From Octopus vulgaris (Eukaryota), in assembly GCA_951406725.2 (NCBI GenBank), contig OX597818.1, forward strand, positions 127,720,001 through 127,784,000: a DNA stretch of 64,000 nt, in the 5' to 3' direction. The position numbers and the translations under genes are program-made. Shown here one piece after another: positions 11,879 to 27,018 of the stretch. Numbering within the stretch: position 1 is the stretch's first letter; each line of letters opens with the position of its first letter. The notes beneath the pieces are model-generated. The model did no database searches. It was given only the letters and a program-made list of their open reading frames with translations, and was not told where the DNA came from.

Positions 11879-13990
11879 GCACGCATCCTAGCCCTAAAAA
11901 CACACCCTTCGTGTTTGGCGTTGAAGTGTTGGTCGAGGGCCAATCTCGCCGCCAAAACGTCGGATGCGATACTGCTTCTTATCGCCTCTTCTAACTTCTT
12001 AACTAGCGCACCCTCTACTCTGTTTCTATCTATGGCTAGTGGTTTGCTATACCTAATTGCTTCTGCTTTTACTGCTCTCTTGAGGGAAAACCACCATTTG
12101 TTGTTGATGATGGCTCCCATCAAAGCCCTTTTTTACTAGCGTGCTAATTCGGTCTCTGTAAACCTGTCTCGACGGGAAAGACACGTTCAGTTTCCAGTAA
12201 CCAGGGCCCTGCCTATGTGCCTTATCTAAGTCTAGTGTACACGTCACAAGTTTGTGATCCGTGTAGCTGACTATGTGGAATTGTGGACATCCTAAGCTAT
12301 CCCTCACCAGCCACCTCCGGTCTCATAGCAGCAATTCCACCAAATGATGTCAATGGTCATCTTCGAACCCGAAGGACGAACATTAAGCTAATCTTATCTA
12401 CTTGTACTACACAGTATCCTATCTAAATACGATCTTGACGACCCAATACGGTTGCTCCATGTCCACGTTGGCGCATTTGGGTGGTCGAGTCGGCACCTGT
12501 CAGACAGTTGAAAGCAACTGTCAGACAGTTGAAGCGTTTGCATCTCCGTCTATTTCTATCTTTTCCCACGTAGTCCAGATGCGTGTCCAAGGTAGCATTC
12601 CAATCCCCCACTAAAAGTAAAGGACGAGACGTTCCTAGGAATACTTCTAGACGTCGAAGGAAATTTGTTTCTGTAAGTGGTTGTGCTGTTGTTTTCATTG
12701 ATGTTTCGTGGTTATTTGTGTAAGGTTTATGCGATATAGGGGAAAGGGAATCAGTTTTTGAATCTTCTTTTGTTTTTCCTGTATCTTCACTTCTTGGTGT
12801 TTTTCTAGGAGTTGTTTTGTTGTCGATTGTTGGTGTTGTTTTTATTGTCTTTCGTGTTGAAGGTGGTGTGGGTAGCAAAGTTTTTTCCAGGTTTTGGTAG
12901 TGGCTGTTGTTGCTGTTCTTGTTTTTTGGCGGCTGTTGGACAATCATTTTTCAAATGTTTCTCACTGTTGCACAAATAACACCGTGGCCGCCTGCCCTCT
13001 ACCACTACATACAACTTGTATCATTCTGTCAATTGAATACTTGTGGGTAATTTATTAATCGGTTCTTGATTGATCTGTAAAAGTATCTCCAGCGTTTCAC
13101 CCACCAAGTTTTGCTGTTCAAGGACAGCAATTTCTAAAATGTTAGTTTCCTCCATTTCGAAGCAGATGGCAGATAATAACCATTGCGTCTCCACCTCTGG
13201 AGGCACATTCTTTATTGTCACCTTTGTGGCTCTCTGCCCAAGATAACTGGGTATCATTATCAACTGGTCTGTACGAAGAGTGAATGTTGAGAATTGTTTT
13301 GCTAGGTTTTCACTGTGAAAACGCACTTGAACAGTGGCAAATTTGTGCCACCAATTGATGTATTCTTTATGTGCCCATACAGGGCGAAGGCATTTTTCAA
13401 TTTTTTCTTGTGCTTTTTCTCGGGTTTTTTCGTTTTTGTACTCAATATTTTGTAGATGATGGTTGTTTTTGTGTTTGTTCTAATATATTCTGAGGGATGT
13501 GTAAGTGTAAATTTTCGCCTTCCTTGGTAAGAAGTGTTTTTGTTTCTTTGATTTGTTGGGCAGTGAATGATACAATCGATTTTTTGTCTTATCGCTTCAG
13601 CGAAATGTGTTTCTTCTTTGGTGGTGGTGGTGGTGGTGGTGGTGGTGGCGGTACTGTCTTTCATGGAGGACGGCTTTGCGACGATATCGTTGTTGTTGTT
13701 GTTGGTGGTGTTGTTGTTGGTGGTGGTGGTGGTGGTGGTATTGGCATTCATGGTTACGTTTGAATTTGTTTGTGCGAGATTTCTCTTTCCCGTTTTTCTT
13801 TCATGAAGTTGTGGTGGAGGCAGTGTAGGAAACTCGATATCAAACGAGTTTCCAAGGAGACTGGCGGTTGTTACAAAACTATCTTCATGACTTGAAGACG
13901 CCATCCTCGAAAAAAAAATGGCTAAGCAAGCCGTAAACAAATTCACAAAATCAGGAAACACGCCACGCAGGGCAGGTTTCCTGTGGAAAC
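10281..13990 (-). mobile_element. Rearranged Tx1/L1-clade non-LTR retrotransposon: ORF1 with CCHC knuckle, partial APE endonuclease, RT core missing, zf-RVT, 3' UTR
   Basis: RPRCYLCNSEKHLKNDCP; LLLVGDWNATLD, TDHKLV, GPGYWKLN; WQCYREALPV...CPRCGQSDETVLHALVQCP; AATAAA at the 3' end abutting (TATC/TGTC)n. Confidence 0.9.
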
Positions 13991-14137
13991 AATTTGCATG
14001 ATCTAATCTATTAGTTGTTGCACAACTTTTACATAAAAAATATTATACAAGACACACTTTTGAAGGGAAAAAAAGCAAACGAATCGATGAGACTATCGTC
14101 CGTCCATAAGGTAGATAGATAGATAGATAGATAGCTT

Positions 14138-14816
<679 letters not shown>

Positions 14817-14817
14817 T

Positions 14818-14973
<156 letters not shown>

Positions 14974-15445
14974 TCATAGAGTAAGAGATAGATAGACAGA
15001 TAGATAGATACATACATACATGCATACATACATACATACATACATACATACATACATACATACATACATACATACATACATACATACATAGAACTTTGAT
15101 AAAACATTGATAAAACTTTATCAAAGACAGTCACGTCTTTTTTGTTGGAATTTATAGAGTTCGATGGTAACATCTGCTTTCAACACATAAATTCATACAG
15201 ACGTACATACATACATGCGTACATACATACAGGCAAATATACATACAAACTTATTTACATATGTGTGGTGGGAGTGTATGTGTAAGCACACATCTAAGTA
15301 TCTGAGTGCGTAAGTGCGTCTCTATGTTGACCGAAGCACACATTCAACAACATGTCGCCACAAAGCTGAAGACGACATCTTATGATACCTATTACTAATG
15401 ATGATGAGAGACGGTAGAGTGAAGGGGAAAGGGGGCGAAGTAGCG

Positions 15446-15636
15446 TGAAGAAAAAGAAGAAGAAGAAGAAGAAGAAGAAGAAGAAGAAGAAGAAGAAGAG
15501 AAGAAGAAGAAGGAGGAGGGGGAAGGAGGGGGAAGGAGGAGAAGAAGAAGAAGAAGAAGAAGAAGAAGAAGAAGAAGAAGAAGAAGAAGAAGAAGAAGAA
15601 GAAGAAGAAGAAAAAGAAGAAAAAGAAGAAGAAGAA

Positions 15637-15668
<32 letters not shown>

Positions 15669-15980
15669 AGAAGGAGGAGGAGGAGGAGGGGGAAGGAGGA
15701 GGAGAAGAAGAAGAAGAAGAAGAAGAAAAAGAAGAAAAAGAAGAAAAAGAAGAAAAAGAAGAAGAAGAAGAAGAAGAAGAAGAAAAAAAGAAGAAGAAGA
15801 AGAGGAGGAGGAGGAGGAGGAGGAGGAGGAGGAGGGGGAGGAGGAGGAGGAGGAGGAGGAGGAGGGGAGGAGGAGGAGGAGGAGAAGAAGAAGAAGAAAA
15901 AGAAGAAAAAGAAGAAGAAGAAGAAGAAGAAGAAGAAGAAGAAGAAGAAGAAGAAGAAGAAGAAGAAGAAGAAGAAGAAA
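15446..15980. repeat. (GAA)n/(GGA)n polypurine tract of about 535 bp
   Basis: Direct reading; source of the poly-E/K/R pseudo-ORFs. Confidence 0.97.
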
Positions 15981-16532
15981 GCGAAGGAGCAAATGATAGT
16001 TTATTTATTTTTCTTAAATACTAACACATGCATGAGTGGAGAATGTCTTAGATGACCGAACACCTCTTAAGATAATGAGGGATTCTGCAAGAAATAGCAA
16101 CTTAATTTCTTTATTGTCTGAATAAACAGAAGGATATATTGGATCAGTGGTTCTCAAAGTAACAAACACCAGTCATTTCCCTCGAATATAAAATTAGTGC
16201 ATTTTTCTCCATATCTCTATATTAATTTTTTTTCTGATTAGACACACAACCAACAGTTTTTGGAGGTGGGGGTCAATCGATAGCACCGATCCTAGTATTT
16301 GATTGGTACTTTATTTAATCGACCCCGAAGAAATGAATTCAAAGATGACTTCGGAGAGATTTAAACATTAAACCGTAAATATCTAGAACAAATATCGCAG
16401 GGTATTTTGTCCGACGCTCTAACAATTCTGCCTGCCCACCATCTCTCCACCTCTTTATTAATGGGAACACAAAATAGAATTATCATCTACACAATTCTTT
16501 CTTGATAGAGAAGCCTAAAACCATCTTAATTC

Positions 16533-16588
<56 letters not shown>

Positions 16589-16630
16589 ATTTATCTGCAT
16601 CCTTTTTAATTCTAAAGTTCACTTCTAGAG

Positions 16631-17002
16631 TGGAAGCACTCCGTCGAGGGTTCCGGTTGATCCGAATCAACAGAACAGCCTGCTCGTGAAATTAACATGT
16701 AAGTGGCTGAGCACTCCACAGACACGTGTACCCTTAACGTAGTTCTCGGGGATATTCAGCGTGACACAGAGAGTGACAAGGCCGGCCCTTTGAAATACAG
16801 GTACAACAGAAACAGGAAGTAAGAGTGAGAGAAAGTTGTGGTGAAAGAGTACAGCAAGGATCACCACCATCCCCTGCTGGAGCCTCGTGGAGCTTTAGGT
16901 GTTTTCGCTCAATAAACACTCACAACGCCCGGTCTGGGAATCGAAACCGCGATCCTATGACCGCGAGTCCGCTGCCCTAACCACTGGGCCATTGCGCCTC
17001 CA
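16631..17002 (-). mobile_element. tRNA-headed SINE family C with 11-bp TSD; other copies 5715-6116(-), 40622-40924(-), 43099-43487(+), 57330-57587(+)
   Basis: Head gtggaggcgcaatggcccagtggttagggcagcggactcgcggtc; TSD cacttctagag (16620-16630, 17003-17013); TSD atccaacccatg for the 43.1-kb copy. Confidence 0.88.
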
Positions 17003-18139
17003 CACTTCTAGAGAAGAAGATGGCTGTAACTATATTGCCTTCGAATTTGTGCTCGATCAGGGCTGAACCAACACAAAATAATGCCAAAAAGAAAAAAATG
17101 AGGATGCATATTTGTTTTACGTTGTCAATGAGGTTAGTCAAATAATTATCAACCAGATTATGATTTTGAACCTTGGATAAGAAACTATATAGTATATAGT
17201 ATTTACATTGCCAATATACCTTTCACGCCCACGCCATTTTCTATATCTATTTATTGATTTACAACATAGGCACATGGTAAAAGTTTTGTAGATGTATACG
17301 GTGAATTAACCCGTTTACAATACTTTTATCGATCCCAAAAACATGAAAATCAAAGTCTACTTCGAAGAGATTACCGCAAGGAATTACAACCGTGTTTCGT
17401 GGTCTGCTACCACAACAGCTCCTTTTTAGGATCCAGTTAGCTCAAGACATCATCAGGAGGAACCACGTCCGGTTTCGGTCCCTATTCCTCTACCGTTTTG
17501 ACTTGGCGGGGCCCCACCTTTCGGAGGTGTCTTCAGTTCTGGTGTTGGGTGCATGTCTTCTTTCTTCTTCTTTCTTCTATTCCCTGGCCTCTTCGATGTA
17601 TCGTCAGCAAGTGTCAGCCGGTGACTGACTGTCTTGTCAAATTTTTCCCTTTAAATACCTGCCGCATAGGCTCCAGTAGGCAGCCCCAGCAAGTTGTCAC
17701 GTGACACTGTCTTACCTTAACTGACTAGTGAAGGCGCGTAGTTTTAGCCCGCGCTTTTTCTAAACGACCGTCACCTGTCAGTCAGCTTGTCTCACCTAAT
17801 GATGTTATTTCCCGTCGGCGTGTTTATGACTTTCAAGCTATTTTCGGTCTTCCCACTTCAGCCATATATATATAGAAGCTGACTTTTTCGATCGCCTCCT
17901 GTACTCTCCTTATTAGTTTACGCAGCTAGAGGCTATTCCGGCACTCTATCTTTACAGTTACATAGATTATACACTCTGTATGATCTGTAATATTATTCTG
18001 CTTATCAAAATATGTGCCCAAATATTACGCTACACTTTCAAAGGGAAATGACATCATTCGGACTTTTATCTTTCGATTCTTAATTGTTCTAGTCGGACGA
18101 ACAGAGAGTAAGAGAGGCAACCATACCAGATAGGAAGCA

Positions 18140-18780
18140 ATAATTCCTGGGAAATACTCTGCAGATCCAAGATACTTTGCAGATGCCGCAGCATTAGAGC
18201 ACACTTGTACATAATTAGCAATGGCATACCGAACACTGCACAGAGAGTTTTGACAGCAGATGAACTCTCTGACCAATGGAATACGTTCCTTCCATAAGAA
18301 ACGGAGGAGCAGATATTCCATTTTGGTCAAATAGGAACTGAATCCAGGTACGACAATGGGTGGTAATAGAGCGCAGAGGTGGTGTCGGTATTTGCCACTT
18401 CTGTCCGATTTCTCAGAAACTGTTGCTTCCTATCGGTCTATTTCTGGATGAAACTGAGTCCCTTGCCTGTAAGCTCGTACCAATTCCAGCCACTTGTTTG
18501 ATTGGTCCAAATAAGCCACCAAACATCACAACAGATCTCACAGTCCAACAGCTCACATCGCTTACCCGATTAGGCTTACCTGACCATGTGCCGAGCTGCA
18601 GAACAACCGACTTGCCCTACTTAATGCGTACTATTAGTGCCACCTCATATTTATTCAATACGGTACTGACTTCATTGTTTTCCATGTTTCTGACCTTATC
18701 CTTGTATGCCGACTTAACGTTCTCGGACACCAGTCCGAGCAGGATACATCTCAATACCACTACTTCCATACCAATTGCTC
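18140..18780 (-). pseudogene. Old Tx1/L1-like reverse transcriptase fragment
   Basis: Degenerate SAY(AD)D, LNKYE...KSVVLQLGTW and LRFLWKERIPLVR..ICCQ motifs. Confidence 0.55.
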
Positions 18781-19596
18781 AAGTACTAAAGCATATACTC
18801 TTTACTCTTTTACTTGTTTCAGTCATTTGACTGCGGCCATGCTGGAACACCGCCTTTAATCGAGCAACTCGACCCCGGGACTTATTCTTTGTAAGCCCAG
18901 TACTTATTCTATCGGTCTCTTTTGCCGAACCGCTAAGTAACGGGGACATAAACACAATGCTAGGGGGACAAACACAAACATACACGCACACATATATATA
19001 CATATATACGACGGGCTTCTTTCAGTTTCCGTCTACCAAATCCACTCACAAGGCTTTGGTCGGCCCGAGGCTATAGTAGAAGACACTTGCCCAAGGTGCC
19101 ACGCAGTGGGACTGAACCCGGAACCATGTGGTTGGTAAACAAGCTACTTACCACACAGCCACTCATGCGAGCAATGAGAAAGAATCACCTTTAACGGAAT
19201 GAGCGTTTGATTTGAAACTGTTATGAGATGTTGCTGTACATTAAGGCGATCCGAAAACTGAAAATGGGACCGACCGCTCTTAAAACTTTCGCCAAGTGCT
19301 AAAAGTCGATCATTTTGAAGGTTTGGAGCTGATTCAAACAGATCAGAGCCATACAGAAGCCCAATTTATAAGCAACCCTTGTCAACGATGTATCGCATGA
19401 GGTGGAGGCTGTTGTATAGAGATCTATCGAGAAACTTGCAGGTCTGCAAACTCTCGGCTACACTACTACCTATTACAGGCACTAACCTCTTTGCAAACGC
19501 TTTGATCGAAATCTTAGAGTTTACGTTTAGAAAAGTTACGGGACAGGAAATTTTCGATGATGATAACGTCCTTCTTCAGCTTCGAATGTCCCTAGT

Positions 19597-19630
<34 letters not shown>

Positions 19631-22600
19631 GTTGTTGTTGTTTCTGCTGCTGCTGCTGCTGCTGCTGCCGCCGCTGCTACTGCTGTTGCTTCGGGGAAGT
19701 GGAAACGGTTTAACTGGTTGACAAGCCGCATTGTCGGCACTAGCTTCACTTACATAACGAAAAATGTAAAACACAGTTAAAACGATAAGCGATTCTTCAT
19801 CTTGTACTATTGGTTTTAATTCTCCTGGCAGAGAAACATTTCCTACAGAAGACACGTGTCCTGTCCAGATCAAGATTTATCACATTTCTAGGCACAACAG
19901 AAACTGAAAATAAACGCCACTCCAGTGGATCGTAGGAAATATAAACTTGCTCTTAATATGCGCCTTTATTCAAAGTAGCAGGCTAAATTTACTGTATAAC
20001 TCAGTGTCATCATCGCATTAAAACAACGGTTAAGCTTGTGTTTGCGTATTTAATTCCGATAGTATAAAAAGGCTAACTCGAAATAATTATGCGGTGAGGA
20101 AACATAATTATCATTAATCAGGCTTTGATTATTTCGGTAAACACGGAAGATAACTTTGTGAATATTTCAGCCTTGTTATGACCTCTTCAGCAAAGCACAA
20201 TAGAGTTCATCTTAAATGCTGAAGTTGCGAAATGAAAATAAAATTGTTTAGGGAATAAGTAACCTTTTCTACTCTAGGCACAAGGCTCGAAATTTTCTTG
20301 GTGGGGGGGCAGTCGATAAGATCGACCCCAGTACGCAACTGGTACTTAATTTAGTGACCCCGAAAGATGAAAGGCAATTCAGAATGTAAAGATAGACGAA
20401 ATACCTATTTCTTTACTACCCACAAGGGGCTAAACACAGAGGGGACAAACAAACGGATTAAGTCGATTACATCGACCCCAGTGCGTAACTGGTACTTAAA
20501 TTTATCGACCCCGAAAGGATGAAAGGCAAAGTCGACCTCGGCGGAATTTGAACTCAGAACGTAACAACAGACGAAATACGGCTACGCATTTCGCCCGGCG
20601 TGCTAACGTTTCTGCCAGCTCGCCGCCTTGTTTAGCGAATAAATAACGAAGCCGAAATAATTAAGTTTTTATTAATTATGTTTTTTGGGGGTTTTTTTTT
20701 ACTGAAAAAGCAGTCTTGCTTAAGCATGACAGCAGTTATGCTTAGGCACTGCCTTCAAGGGTTTCAGACAATCATATTTTTCGATCGATTTTTCTTTGTC
20801 GAACTGCTGAGTTACAGACCATAAAAGAATGCAGCATAAATAATGCTTTCAAATTTTGGCACAGGGCCAGCTGTTTTTGAGAGGAGGGGAAAGTCGATTA
20901 CATTTACCCCAGTACTTGACTGGTACTTATTTTCTCAGCCTCAAAATAATGAGAGGCAAAATTGGCATCGGCTAAATTTGAACAGAGAAAGTAAAGATAG
21001 ACAAAATGCTTAGCAACATTTTTGTCCGGTGTGCTAACGATTCTGACAGCACGCCGCCTTCAGACAGCATAAATAAAATAAAAAGTGATATGTGTATATT
21101 ATTTTATTTGGATCGAATTATAGCATACACACCTTTTCACGCATGCCCGCGCGTACACTTGACTTCCAAAAAATAGCACCAAATTCCACTCAAAGAAAAA
21201 ATTACTCTTTTTAGAAAAATATATAGAAACATTAAATAATATGGTGACGTATATTTGCTATTTAAATATGGCTAACCCCTAAGGGTGGATGCTACTGTAG
21301 TTTGTAGCCCCAGGAGGACACCTCCTCCAGCTGGCTATAGACACACTTTCTGTGCCCTATCAGTATTTGCAAAGGGAAGCCATCCTTCCCGTCTTCAACT
21401 TATGATACACACGGACTCGAGTTTCTGAATATAAATAATATGATTAGGGATAAAAGTAAAAAACCCTTCAGTCATGAATAATCATGGGATTGCACCTAAA
21501 TAGTGACCCTCCGAGCCACAAGTCCGAGCAGGGCTTTTTGTAGAAGACCAGTAGTCACCCATTCATACCAGCCTCCGCTCACCACGAAGGGAAAAGGCAA
21601 AGGCTGATACAGCTTGGCACCAGTTATGTCACAACGTGAAATAAAGTGGTTTACTCAAGAGCACAACACACAGCTCGGCCCAGGAATTGAACTCACTACC
21701 TCATGATTGTGAACCTGGCGGCCTAACCACTAAGCCATGTGTCTTCCCTAACGTGATCCGAGATATATCGTCAAGAAATATGATGGGATACTCATAGCTT
21801 TGACTGAACTGGACTAGAGACTAAGTAACGCGTTATTTACATCGCATTTAAATATAATACTTATATTTATATTGGTTCCTTAAGTAGGTGCCAGGCCACA
21901 AATTTAGAGAGATGAATGTTATCGATTTATGTGGGGGTTTCTATGCAGCTGTCAATAATAGTATCCAAATCTTCGAGTCACATACTCTCAAGAATTAGGA
22001 AACAATAGTTGTTTCCCTTGTCTTGCGAGTTACCTTCCCTGCATCACTATTTTCGTAACTATTGATAATAAAGAATTTAAGAATCTAGCATATATTTGAC
22101 TTCATCAGAGAGATATCTTGTTGCTTGAATAACTAACATCCTTTCTCTTCATATCAGCATGCCTGCTACTATTTCTGTGAAAGAACAGTTTGAGGTGACA
22201 CTATCCTATGAGAAAACATGGACAGAGTACAGTACACGATACAGTCACACAGCAATTATATAAACCTCCATCCTACTATAAACTAAAGCATGGCGTCTAT
22301 TGTTGCTGTTTAGAACCAGGCTGGGACTGATTCAGCAGACTAATGATCAAAAGCATTCCAGTCGTGACCATCCTATTTTATATATCAAGGGTTTTATATG
22401 CTAATAGGCGTTTTCATATTCTAAATGCGATAGAAGGTAATTTAAGGAAACTTTGATTGCAAACCTATGATCAAAAGAATTCAAACTACAACTCCATCTA
22501 CTTCGGGAAGTTTCAGGTTTTTTCTTTTTTTTTTTTTCTTTATTCAAATAATTATATACCCCAGGTGAAGTTTGATCGTGCAGGCGAATAGTCAAGGGCA

Positions 22601-23772
22601 TTCCAACCGTGACAATCCCATCTTTTTTAAGAGCATGTTGAACTACATTATCAAATGAGCTCTTTCCTTATTTAAGAAGGTAGGGTTTAATCATAAATCA
22701 TAAATCCAAGTACGAAATCAGAGGAAAATGCAGGGAGAGAAGAATAAAGAAACTTTGGAGCGTGAGTCTGAGTGAAAAGAAAAACTTATACCATTTTATT
22801 TATCTCACATTTTGGTGAACAGTAGTACTGCTGAGCCAATAACAGGATCACTGAACATTCTATTTCTGGTCATGAGGATGATAAAGGATTCTCTGCGCAA
22901 TTCGGACGGAACAAATATCATATGAAGTCTTTTTTTCCAAATAGTTTTTTTTTTTTTTTCAGTTCTCTCGCTGATATCTATTTCTTTACTACCCACAAGG
23001 AGCTAAACACAGAGGGGGCAAACAACGACAGAGAAACGGATTAAGTCGATTACATCGACCCCAGTGAGTAACTGATACTTAATTTATCGACCTCGAAAGG
23101 ATGAAAGGCAAAGTCGACCTCGGCGGAATTTGAACTCAGAACGCAGCGGCGGACGAAATACCACAAAGCATTTCGCCCGGCGTGCTAACGATTCTGCCAA
23201 CTCGCCGCCTTTCTCTCGCTTATATATATCGCTAAAACACACACACACAATGATATACAATTTTGATAGAACAAATATGCAGGGGATTTTTTATTATATT
23301 CGTAAACTCTTTCTTTTAAGGGAATTCTTTTTTTTAATTCATAAACTCTTTCTTTTAGGGAGATTTTTGTCAGTTCTCTTGCTAACATATATTTTACTTG
23401 TTCCAAATATTGGACTGCGGCCATGTGGGGACACCACAAATACTGCAAGGTATTGTCCGATGCTCTAATGTTTTCACCACTTCTTTCTCATTTTTGGCTT
23501 TTTAAAACTGCTATAGCGAATTTTTGTCTACTAATACCATAAATAATCTCAGTTCATCAAACTGTATACCAGTAATATATATATACTCTTTTACTTGTTT
23601 CAGTCATTTGACTGCGGCCATGCTGGAGCACCGCTTTTAGTCGAGCAAATCGACCCCAGGACTTATTCTTTGTAAGCCCAGTACTTATTCTATCAGTCTC
23701 TTTTGCCGAACCGCTAAATGACGAGGACATAAACACACCAGCATCGGTTGTCAAGCAATGCTAGGGGGACAA

Positions 23773-23826
<54 letters not shown>

Positions 23827-24412
23827 GACAGGCTTCTTTCCGTTTCCGTCTACCAAATCCACTCACAAGGCATTGGTCGGCCTGGGGCTATAGCAGAAGA
23901 CACTTGCCCAAGATGCCACACAGTGGGACTGAACCCGGAACCATGTGGTTGGTTAGCAAGCTACTTACCACACTATATATATATATATATATATCATAGT
24001 GGCATGAAAGTATTACCATAATGCCAGAAAATGTAACATTAAAGTAACAATAGAAATTCTGATGCTGCAGCTATTGCAACTTGTATTATTGTTATTTAAT
24101 TCTCTTCAACCAAAGTTACAAAAATAGTGAACACACAAGTCCCTATAATGTACTGACTAAAAGAAGAGCGCTAACATAGTTGTCGCTGAGTGGAATATGC
24201 TTCGCTGAAAATGTTAAATAAGACCGAAGCACGTCCATTTTGTTTTTGTTTTTTTTTGGGGGGGGGGGTTACCAGTTCCTTTTAAAGACACAACCCACGC
24301 ACGTCAGTTGATATTGTCATTTTACTAAAAAAAATTTCATTAGGCAAATCGTGGAGTTATCTCCCTTGTTTCTTGCCTTTTTTAGATTGTATACTTATTT
24401 ATAATATAATGA

Positions 24413-25395
24413 AATTATTGTATACAGTGCTCAGGTGCACCACAAATTGTCAGAAAGTGCATATAAAGTACATGCAGTAATGTAGAAATGTCTGGAAAGC
24501 GTACAATGTATGAGTCAGATATATGATTGTGTGTGTATGGAGGGGAGAAAATCAAGTGTAGTGTTGGCGAATCTCGGGAAGCATGGAAGTTTTGAAGGAT
24601 GCAGTGCTCCGACAACTAACAACTGATGCCGGCAGTTTGTTCCATGCTTCAGCAACTCTCAGCGTGAAAAAATGTTTCCTAAAGTCATGGGAGCTGTGCT
24701 GTTTTCTTACTTTGTAAATATGTCCACGGGTGTTAGATGGGTGGAGTTTGAAAAGGTGCTCAGAGTTATTGTTTGTACGATGGTTGATAATTTTATGAGT
24801 GTCTGCCAAGTCAGCTGCCAGACATCAGAGTTTCAATGTGTCCATGCCCAGGGAAGTAAAGCGTTCAGGATATGGCAAATGCCTGGAGGGTATTCTTTTG
24901 GTTGCACGTCGCTGAACAGCTTCCAGATGATTGATATCCTGGGCAAGATAGGGGTTCCAGACCGGTGATGCAAATTCCAGGTGAGGTCTTACCATAGCTA
25001 TATAAAGCCGCAGATAGATAGCTGGAGAGTGGCTCACAAAGGATTTGGTGAGTGATGCCAAGACACCCTCAGCCTTCTTGACAATTTTAGCGATGTGTTT
25101 TGTCCAATGCAAATCACTGTCGACAATAACACCCAGGTCACGTTCACATGAAGACTTTTTGAGACTAGTGTTGTGGAGGGAGTAGGTGGACGCTGGGTTT
25201 CTCTTCCCAAAATGCATGGTGGTACATTTGTCCACAGCCAGCTTGAGTTGCCAGTCCATGATCCACTGCTGCATTGTGTCCAGGTCTGCTTGCAATAGAG
25301 ATTTATAGTGTACAGGATTTGACCTCTTTATTTCGAGGTACAGCTTGATGTCATCTGCATATTTCAGCACTGTGGCATTCTTTAAGTTGGCATCT
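24413..25395 (-). mobile_element. CR1-clade LINE 3' fragment (RT C-terminus and 3' UTR)
   Basis: KYADDIKL, LYIAMVRPHLEFASPVWNP, LEAVQRRATK, NTRGH...FFTLRVAEAWNKLP. Confidence 0.9.
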
Positions 25396-25898
25396 ATTCT
25401 TTAAGTTGGCATCTATTTACTACCCACAAAGGGCTAAACACAGGGGGGACAAAACAAGGACAGACAAAGGGATTAAGTCGATCACATCGACCCCAGTGCG
25501 TAACTGGTACTTAATTTATCGATCCCGAAAGGATGAAAGGCAAAGTCGACCTCGGCGGAATTTTAACTCAGAACGTAACGGCAGATGAAATACCGCTTAG
25601 CATTTCGCCCGGCGTGCTAACGTTTCTGCCAGCTCTACCAAGATAATCTCATTTTATCAAAGTTTCTCAACTCACTATATCTCATATGTTAGACACTGCC
25701 ACATACCTATTTAGCAGATAGTAAATTCCATTGATATGTTTCATCTCATTCATATTCTTAATATTCATAATTGGCTTTGCCACATTTCTTACCAACTAAA
25801 AGAATATGCTACCAAGGAAGCATAATATAAACCACAACATATCTCATCTGTACATTATTTACATTCAACGGATATTTGTCCTCATCTTGTTTGTTGTT

Positions 25899-25944
25899 AA
25901 CACTACGTTTCGGTTGATATACCCTCCAGTCTTCTTCAGGTGTC
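25899..25944 (-). ncRNA. Minimal type I hammerhead motif in a tRNA-headed element
   Basis: GACAC-CUGAAGA-A-GACUG[10]CAACC-GAAA-CG-UA-GUGUU; two mismatches in stem II. Confidence 0.65.
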
Positions 25945-26514
25945 TTGCGGAAATTTCGAACCTGGGTTCTCATTCCTAAGGTATTTTTCGCTGTTATTAT
26001 TATTATTATTGCTCAGGTCACTGCTTGGAATTGAACTCGGAATTTTGGGGTTAGTAGCCCTTGCTCCTAACCACTACGCCATATGCCCGTGGGGCATATG
26101 GCGTAGTGGTGACACCTCTTCACCATCTTCCATACTTTTCTAGTTGGGATAGGCATATATCTCCTTTACTACAAAACACCACTCCCTGTCCATCTCATCA
26201 CCAGGCATAAAGCCACCTCCCTCAATACTACACCCCACTCAACTGAGGGGTCTTTGGCAATCTCACTAGCACCAGTGCAAATTCCATCCTTTTTGGTAAG
26301 AGGATTCATAGGTTATTAATAATTGAAGAACCGGACACTTATAACCATCATCACTACTCCATATTTAAAGGCTGAGAGACATTTAACTGACACTCACTGT
26401 AAATAGGTATCATGGGTGATACATCCCAGCAATGGGCAATACTTGTAGTATTTACAGTTGTAGTATTCTATTCATATGGCTTGGGGAGAAGGGTGGTGTT
26501 TTTATTGGAGTCTT

Positions 26515-27018
<504 letters not shown>

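Noticed and set aside
15294-15996. Long ORFs (232 and 183 aa) of poly-L/S/E/K/R
   Set aside because: Translations of a (GAA)n/(GGA)n microsatellite; the same applies to the IYIY, SIYL and FLSF ORFs elsewhere.
19379-19873. ORFs of 133 aa (+) and 93 aa (-) in unique sequence
   Set aside because: Their length depends on (GTT)n/(GCT)n repeats; no recognisable domain or consistent exon chain.
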